Shown here piece after piece: positions 1 to 9,000 of a stretch of 32,191 bases of DNA. A program made the position numbers and the translations under genes. Source of the DNA: a virus. Lineage: Duplodnaviria; Caudoviricetes. The notes under the pieces are model-generated. The model searched no databases and had not been told where the DNA came from. It saw nothing but the letters and a program-made list of their open reading frames with translations. The DNA is taken from IMG/VR virus record IMGVR_UViG_3300044646_000899, positions 1 through 32,191 of that record. One strand, given 5' to 3'. Position 1 is the stretch's first letter; the number at the start of each line of letters is the position of its first letter.

Positions 1-1
1 A

Positions 2-3000
2 ATGTCCAGTTTCCAGAAGGCGATCGACGAGGCGCTGCGCATGTCCGTGCAGCCGGGCGCGGAACCTATGCGTCCGCAGTCCGCACCGCAAATGTCCTTT
101 CAGGACGCGATCGACTCGATCGTTCAGACGCAATTGTCGGAAGCGCCCGGTGCCACGCCGGGCACGGCACCCGGCGAAGCGGATCTTCTGGAGGGTGCTG
201 CCAAGCAGTATGAAGACCTGCTGATCACGCCGGAAGGCGGAATTGGGATGACTGGGTCTGGCGGGATCCTGCCCCTGCGCGAGATTGAGCGTGGGTTGCG
301 GATGACCGCCGAACAGGCTGCACAGACCATTGCCACTCCGGGCATGCGAGGGCAGTTCATTCGGTCGCTCATGCGACCGAGTGAGTACATCGCGTCGTGG
401 TTCTCCGATGTCGATCCGGCAATGCACAACTTTGTCGCTCAGGCATTTGCAGACAAACTGTCCATGGCTGTCGAGCCGGAGAAGTCTGGGCTCACTGTTG
501 AGGATTTGCGGTCGGAATTGATTGCCATGCGTGGCGCGCAGCAAGGCATGATGCGCGGTGCCCCGGAGGGTGTGATTCCGGACGTAGCGCGTGCAGTTGG
601 GCAGAATGTCCCGCAGATGATTGGTGTTGCTGGTGCGCTGGCGACGGGAAATGTCCCAGTTGCGGCAGGCATCATCAGCACGGCGATGAGTCCGTTCACG
701 TCATATTCGTCGGGCTTCATTGAAGCCATGGACGAGGTTGACCAGCAGCGTGCGGATGACGCAATCGAGGGGCGTCCGCTGACGGAGTACTCGCTTCAGG
801 AATCCAGAACGCGAGCCGAAGCCCGCGCCGTCATTGAGGCTGGAGTGGAGGCTGGTGGCGCTGCAATCGGTGGCAAGGCGCTCGCAATGATTGCGGGTGT
901 TGGGCTCAATACCAAGGTTGGCAAGGCGGCATTGCGTCCGTTCATCGAGCGCGGCGCGCCGATTGTCAACAAGGCGTTGCAGTCCAAGGCTGGCCAGAAG
1001 GGTCTTGATACGTTTGCCAGAATTTCCAACGGGACTGCCTCGTTCAGGAACGGGTGGCTTGGCCGTGCGTCCGGAATCATTGGCGTGTCTGGACTTGAGG
1101 AGGGCGCGGAAGAGGGAATCACCGCTGCGCTGATGGCTCCGTTCACGGCAGCACCGCTGTCAAAGGATTTGGCTGACGGTGTGTACGGGGCGTTCATTGG
1201 AACCATCGCGGGTGGAATCGGCGGAACGGGATCTGTGCTCGCAGTGTCGGGCAATCGGGCGCTGATGAATCGCCGTGAAGCCATGCGGCCCGAAACGGAC
1301 CACGAACGTGCATTGCGGACCATCCATGGTGACGCGCTGAAGCGTCGGGTGAACTGGCAGGACGGCCTTGACCAGACGCAGATTGCCAGCGTGTCCAGTG
1401 CGTTGGACAGCCTGAACGGAATGGACCAGCAGCAGCGCGGCGTGTTCCTCGCTGATTTGGCGCAGCGGCAGGCGGATATCCAGACCGAGGTTGAGTCGAT
1501 GCTGGACGAACGCCAGCGTCTGGACATTGGTCTTGCGGGTGCCATGGATGCCATGGACGCGCAGGCGATTCAGGACATCAAGGACGACATCGCACGCATT
1601 GATGCTTCGATCGGCTCGGCTGTCACCGATCGGCTGATGGCTTCGGCCATCCACAATGCGGTGGCGGAGAAGATCAGCGAGATGCCTGCGGTTATGGAGC
1701 AGGCAGATCCGGCCACCGTCTTGAGTGGTATGGGCACCCGGGCTGGGATGACCATGACCGAAACCACGGCCCCGAAGTCTGGCAAGCGTGTCCAAAAGCA
1801 GATCGAGGCTTTGGGGCGGAAGGTGGTGTGGTTCCGCCCGTCCGGCAAGTTCAACCCGGCATTCCACTCGATGCGAAGCCGTGGGGTGGTGTACCTGAAC
1901 GCAGATGCAAAGCCTGATCGGATCATGGCTTCCGCGCTTGAGGAGGTCTTCCACGATATTCAGATGTTCCAGCCGGAGTTGGCCGAGGTGTTTATGGAGC
2001 GGGCGGGGCTTGCCCCGATCTACGCGGCTGGGGTCGAATACGCTGGGCGTGGGGCTCCAGAATCGGCTGCTACGGGTCGGATGGACCTCGCGGCCATGGA
2101 GCAGGCCGGGGCCGCTCTTGGGGCGCTGGAGGGCGTCCAGCAGGCTCCGATTGCCCCGGGAGTCGCCCGGGCGGGCGCGGCCCGTCTGGAGCAGGAGGGC
2201 GCAGCCAACGCCTTTGCAGCGGCAGCGGCGGCTACCCGTGGCGGCATCTTCGGCCCGGCGGTGGCATTTGCCGCCGCACGGGGGTTCCTAGGCCGCGAGG
2301 CCATGGCGGCGATGGCGGTATTTGAAACCGTTGCCCGGGCGGCGGCGGTGTCCAACGTCGTTGGCCCGAAGGTGCAGGATCCCTCACTGTCGCCACTTGC
2401 CCGCACGTTGCTGTGGGCTGGCAACATGGATGTGAACTTCGCACGTGATATTGAGACGGCACGAAAGTTCGTTGCCAAGCAGGCGGCGGAACGAGTCGGG
2501 AAGGTCATTGCGACCAAGCGCGAGAAGGCCGAAGCGGCAGCGCGCAAGGCGCAGGTGGGCGATATTCAGAAGTCCACAGCAGTAGCAAAGTTGCGCGAGG
2601 CGTTGGTTGGCCAGCCGAACATGCGCGAGGGTGCACGGCTTGACATGGCCCGCCGTTTCATGGCGGCAGCGGCGTCGATGGCGACGCTGAATTTTCGTCC
2701 GCTCACGCCGAGCGAATACCTGCAAGGCCACAAGCGAAACAAGGCTACGCAGACGCTGACCCAGTACACGCTCGATCAGATTGCCAATCCGACAATCGAA
2801 ACGAACGAAACGGGGACGACGCGCACGTCCTACGAGCCTTATGGGATTCCCGGGCTTGACGTGGCGTACATGATCAAGCGCGTGGAGTCTTTGGATTCTG
2901 AAGGCAAGCGCATCGGCGGATACGACGAGGCTGTCGGTCTTTACAGCAATGAGACCGATATCACCGACGTGATTGCTCCAGTGATGTTGCACGCAATCTC

Positions 3001-6000
3001 TCGGTATCCGAACACCGAGATGAGGTGCGATTGCTACGATGTGCGTCGGCCCGGGCAGGCAGAGCAGAACGGCAAGTTGCCGACTGCGTATCGCATGTTC
3101 GGATTCGTGGCGGACGAGCAGGCGATGCCCAACGGGTATGCGCAGTTTGATCCGCAGTATTTGACCCCTCCATCCGGCATGACGCTGGATGAATACATCG
3201 ACCTGCTTTCCAAGTACTGGAAGTCAGAAGGCTGGGTACCGGAGACAGATGCAAATGGACGAGTCACGAATTACCCCGGAGTCTGGTTCGCCAAACTCAA
3301 CCTCTCTGAGTCCGAACGAGAGCGGATTCGTAGCACTGGCCTTGCGGGCTTCACCGCTGACCCCAGCCGACTGGAAAGGATTGCGGCAGGACGAGGCGAA
3401 CGCGATGCTGTCGTTGGTGTATCAGTCGATGGAGAAGGCAGACCCAGCCCGCGTGTGGAGCAAGTGGACGCGGCAGGAGGTGCTCGCGACGATCAAGGGG
3501 ATCGCAGAAACCCGTCGGCAGATTCTGACATCTTCGTCGGCAGTGCTCGACGCATCTCTCTCGTAAAACTCACGCTCGCGCTCAAGCGCGAGTTGGACAC
3601 GCTGACTCCAGACAGCAAGGGGCGTTTGCTGTCTGCAAGCCAGTGGCTTCCGGCTGCGGTGAAGGTCGATCCCGAAGCGGCAGAAGCCGAGCGCATGGCG
3701 GCAATTCCGGTGATTGCCGATGCGATGGCTCGCGTGCGATCGTCGGAACGTGCTGTCGCAGAAGCGCAGGACGCCATCGAAGCCGAGCGCAAGCGTCTTC
3801 GTGCGGAACTGCGGCGCAAGGACGCATCGCCTGCCGAACTTGCGCAGACGCAAGCGTCGATCGTCCGACTCAATCAGGGTCGTGACATCGCGTCGTTGGC
3901 CGAGACCGCGTCGTACATGACGGCAGAGATCGGCACCATTGTCGCAATCACGAATGAACGTGCGCGCATTGTTGCGAAGCGCGAGTCGTTGCGGCAGTAT
4001 TCCAAACTGAAGGGCGCATACGCAAAGGATGACGTTGATCAGTCGGCAGAGGCTCGACTGGTCCGCCTTGCCGACGCCGCCGATGCGAAGGATCGCATCG
4101 CTGCATTGACGGAACGAATCCGCGACATTGACCAGCAGGTGTCCTCATGGGTTTCTGGTGATCCTCTGGTGCAGGCGCTGATGCAAGCGCAGGAGGATCT
4201 CGCGGAGTCAACTAGCGCGCTTGCCGATGCCAAGGCAAACACGTTCGGAGACATTCTGGCCGACAAGGGCATCATGTCCTATCGGATGGCCGGGTCGCGG
4301 AAGTACACGGTTGGTGAACTTCAGGTGCTGCTTGATTCCTTCAGCCAGTCCATCATGGGCTGGCTCACCGAATACACGCAGGCCAATCCGATTCCGAAGC
4401 AGGTCGAGCAGATCATGGTGCGATCCATTGCTGACGACCTCAAGTATGCGGCCACCAAGGCTGGGTCGGCCTCGGCGCTGGAATGGTATGGACGCCTCGT
4501 TGACCAGATGTGGTCGGAAGCGTCGCGCCGATACCCGGAGTTGGCAAAGAAGACGAGCGACGATCGACGCGTATTCGCGTTGATGCTGGCAATCACGTCG
4601 CAGGGCGAACGGGTGTCGAACAACGCACTACTGACCCGGGCCTTGTATGAGGCGTGGGTGAGCGCCGGGCGTGATCGCATCGTGATTCCTCCGTCGTTCG
4701 ATGCCCGTCACGTTGGGCCGATGATCGGCAACCTGAACAAGTTGAACGTCCTTCGTGAGACTCTCGGCTCATGGAAGGCTGTCGAGAAGTTCATGTTGAC
4801 CAAGGCGAAGGTGCGCCAGCACAACAAGACCTTGCGCGAGATGAACCTGTTGTCCGAGAACGGAAAGGTGGTGTTGATCAACGACGCCGCCGACGACATC
4901 GTGTACATGTCGTCCGTTCTTGGTCCGAAGATCGGATCGTTCTTCAACAACCTTTACAAGCGATTCGACACGCTGACCGCAGATGTCTGGTTCACGCGGA
5001 CCTTCATGCGTCCGCTTGGCATGCTGCGAAGACAAGATGACACGGCGATTCGGTCGGCTATTGCTGATGTCGCACAGGAACTGGCGAAGGCACGGGCAAT
5101 CGTTGCCGCAGGGAATCCTGATGCCGTCGGGTTTGCCGAAGCAGAGCAGGTATTGCGTCGAATCCCCGCGAACGTCTTGGAAAATCCGGCGCTGCTCGAT
5201 CAGGTTGCGACGAACTTCGACGTTGAATTTGCAAAGGATGTCCGCAATCGCGTGGTGGTTGGCACCTCGCTGAAGTTGCGGAAGAAGTCCCCGCTTGAGG
5301 CTGCGCTTGTGCGGTATGCCAAGGCGCTTTCGGCGTCGGCGGCGGCTCCAGAGTCGAATTACATTCGGACGCAGATGCGGTCGATTCTGACGCAAGCGAT
5401 TGATGTTGTCAAGAACGAGACTGGCTTGCAGTATGAGGTTGCAGACGCGCAGGCCGCGCTGTGGTATGTGGAGAAGGAGTTGTACGCCATGTTCGGCGCG
5501 GCGGATGACCCGGTGGGTCAGGACTACCGCGTGGCGATGCGCGAGGCGATGTCGGTGGATCTCGGCACGTCATCGGCGCAGGCACAGTTGCGCAGCGCAT
5601 TGGCGGAAAATGATCTCGACGCCACGGTGGCGGATGGTGCAGATGCTGGTGTTGTTGCCGAGCCGCAATCCGAGTCCTTTGCCCGCGAAGAGGCGCAGGA
5701 TGCGGAGGTCCGCAAGACCAAGGCCGCAATCGAAGCAGAACTTCGGTGGGCCGCTGAAAGCGGGTTTACGCTTGAGTCGTTCGCACGCGAACCGTCTGAC
5801 GAACTCAAGGCGCTGGTCGCTTCCGGAGACGCCAAGTTTATTGGAAGCCCAAATCCGACCAACCCAGTGATGCTTTATCACGCGACGGACGAGGTGAAGT
5901 TTTCCCCGTATCGGTCGGAAACTGGCAAGTTGCTTCGCGGGTTGTCGCTGTCAACGGTCGATACCGATGAACTCAAGGTCTTTGGCAAATACATTCATGC

Positions 6001-9000
6001 GTACTACGTGATTGCCACGAACCCGCTTCGTGTTGAGTGCCATGGTGCGTCGTGGGACAACATTCCGAGTTCGGCGTTGCCGTTGGATATTCGCGATGAA
6101 CTAGAATACGTTGCTATCTCAACGGATAAGGTTCAGCAAGTTGCGCTTGCTAACGGGTACGACGTTGTTCACTTTGTTGGGGTCAACGACGACGTTGGAA
6201 CGCACGATGAAATTGTCGTCAGCGGACGCCGCAACCTCATCAGCCCGTTCACTGGTGAAACGCTGGAGCAAATGGACTTTGCAGAGATGCGAGTAGGGAA
6301 TGTTCCTCCGCTCGCGGCGCTGTCGGGCAGTTCGCCACTTGGCGGATCCACCGGAGCAACGCTTCAGACTGCGCCTACGGGTGAACGATGGGTTGTAAAG
6401 GGCGATCTTGGCAACGCGAACTTCGGTCGGAACGAACTGCAATACTTCAACGCGTATCGGTTCTTTGGACTGCCTGTTCCTGACCATGGAATGGATGTCC
6501 GGGTTGGAACACCGGATCTCAACCGGGTTTTGATCACTCGGTACGCCGAGGGGTATCAAACGATCGGGCAGTTCCGAAAGGAGATGGGGCAGCGAGCGTT
6601 TGAAAAATCACTGACATATTCGGACTTGGGAGAACACATCGTTCTGCATGCATTGGCACGCAACTGGGATGTCATTGGCATGGACGGTGACAACACGCTT
6701 GTTGACCCGGACACTGGCAACGTGCTGTATGTCGATCTTGGTGGCACGGGTGGTTACCGCGCACAGGGGGAGGCCAAGCCATACATCACAGGGCCTTGGT
6801 GGTTTACTCAACTGCAAACGCTCGTGGAGTACAACCCCGATTACTTCTACATGCCGCCAAACGGCGCGATTATTACTGATGTGCTCACGTATTTCAAGGG
6901 TATTGCAGAAAACCGCGCCGCGCCAGAAGAAGAGCGTGTCAACCTTCCCGGTGATCTTCAGGAGCACGTGCGGACGGTTGCCGCATGGCTGCTTGGCGTG
7001 TCTGGAATGACCAACACCTTGGAATTGTCGAACATCCTGTTTCAGAACAGGGACGAGGCGTCAATAGAGCGCATTTATGAGCATGCCGGGAAGCGGCTCG
7101 ATGCACTCCGAAATTCCACGAACACGTTTGCGACGTGGCAGAGGATGACGTTTGAAAGCATTCGCGCCCTCGTAAGCGACGGACGAGTTGCACCATCCAG
7201 CATTCGCGAACTGATCCCTGACGAAGCACTTGATTTTCGGACCAATCAGGACGCATACGCTGCTGGCATTGCTGCGCTGCGCACCGCAATGATCGAGCGC
7301 GAACAGTCCGGCGAAGTCAATGTTGCGCTGTTGCCACGGTTTGTGGATGCATATATGCGGGTGTCTGGAAATACGGAACCAGAGATGGTGTTGTCGAAGG
7401 TTCTTGGGGATACCGATGCGCGTCTGATCGGGTATCTCATCAATGCGCATGATGGATTCATTGCCTCGATGCGGAATGAAGAACGCCCAAGTTCGTCCGC
7501 ATATGGCAACTACGCCAAACTAGTCAAGATTCCGGGCACGTCGGTCGTTGAACAGGTGTTCGGAACTGCCACTCCGGTTGGTGCTGGGCCAAGCGCAACA
7601 GAAAGCATGGCGCGAGATCCCGACGCTTCAGATGCCGAGCGAGACGCATTGCGGTCACAGATTTCCGACATGCAGCGCACGATGCGGGATCTTGAGAACA
7701 CGACTGCTGCGCAGCGTACAAACGCCATGCGCGAAGTGCGGGTCTTGCAGCGCAGGTTGTCGTTCGCGGAACTGGTTGCATCGCGCAAGGAAGGACAGGC
7801 GCAGCGATTGAAGGCGCGGCTGGAGCGTGTCAAGGCCATCAATGATGCCGAGCGGATCGCTGCTTCGGAGACTGCAAGCGCGGCTGCGAAGAAACTGGAG
7901 GAGGCGCGTGCTCGCGTGGTCCGCCTGCGCGAGGAGATGCGGGATCGCAAGTCCGAGACGCGAGAAGCAATTGAGGCGCTGGCCGAAGCGGAGGATCGTG
8001 TCGATCGCATTGCCAACTGGGCGTATGCCATCGGACGAAACGAGGGCTTGGTTGCCGGGCAGGTGTTTGGAATGCAGAAGGAACGCAACGCGGCCAAGCC
8101 TTTCCGTGAACGCGTCGCGGTGCTTGAAGCACGCGTTGCGCAGGCCGAGTCTGCGTTGCGCGCCGCGACCCACAGGATCAAGGTTGATGCCAAGGCGTCT
8201 GCTCGGGCAATCGACTTTGCGCACCAGATGGGTCTTCGTGCTGGGCAAGTGCAGGGAATGATGCGTGGTCGGCAGCAGATCCTGAAGAAGATGCAGCAGC
8301 GTGAGGACACGCTTCAGCGCCAGATTTTCGCGATCAAGACCATGCTCCAAAAGTCACGCAACGTGCTGGCAGTGCAGCGTGCAGCGCGGCGGATTGCCAT
8401 GGACGCGGCCATGATGCTTCCGCGCAATCTTCGCGGCCCGCTTGCCACGCGAATCGCCAACGCAACGACGATTGCAAAGGCCAATCGAGTTGCAGTCGAG
8501 GCAACCAAACTGGCCGTCAATGAGGAAGTTCGCCAGCAACTGCGGGTGATCTCTGCGCTGCGCAAGCGCATGAACAAGCGTGGAATGCGGTGGGACGTGC
8601 GGCAGGCGATCGAGCGTTTGCTGACGAAGGCGGACGCCAATCTCCGGCAGGCCAATCGCCGTCGCATCTATGCAACGGTGGCTACCGTGCCGGGCATGGG
8701 TTCGGCAGTGGTCAACGCTGTAAACATCTACGCGCAGGTCTTGGATTCGGCAAATGACGTGCAGGCTGCGTTGCTGCTGTACGAACAGGACCGGGCGTCG
8801 TTCGTGGCCGGGCAGCAGCAGCGCGTCGCCAGATACAACGACCTGAAGACCCGCCTTGCAACCGCCATGACTGGTCGGCAGACGCTGCCGATGCGGGATC
8901 GTGCGGACCTTCCACCTCGCCAGTCGCTGGCGCGCCGCATTTCCATTGCCAACTCGGACATCTACACCCTGATGCTTGAGGTCGAGGGCACGATGGGCGG

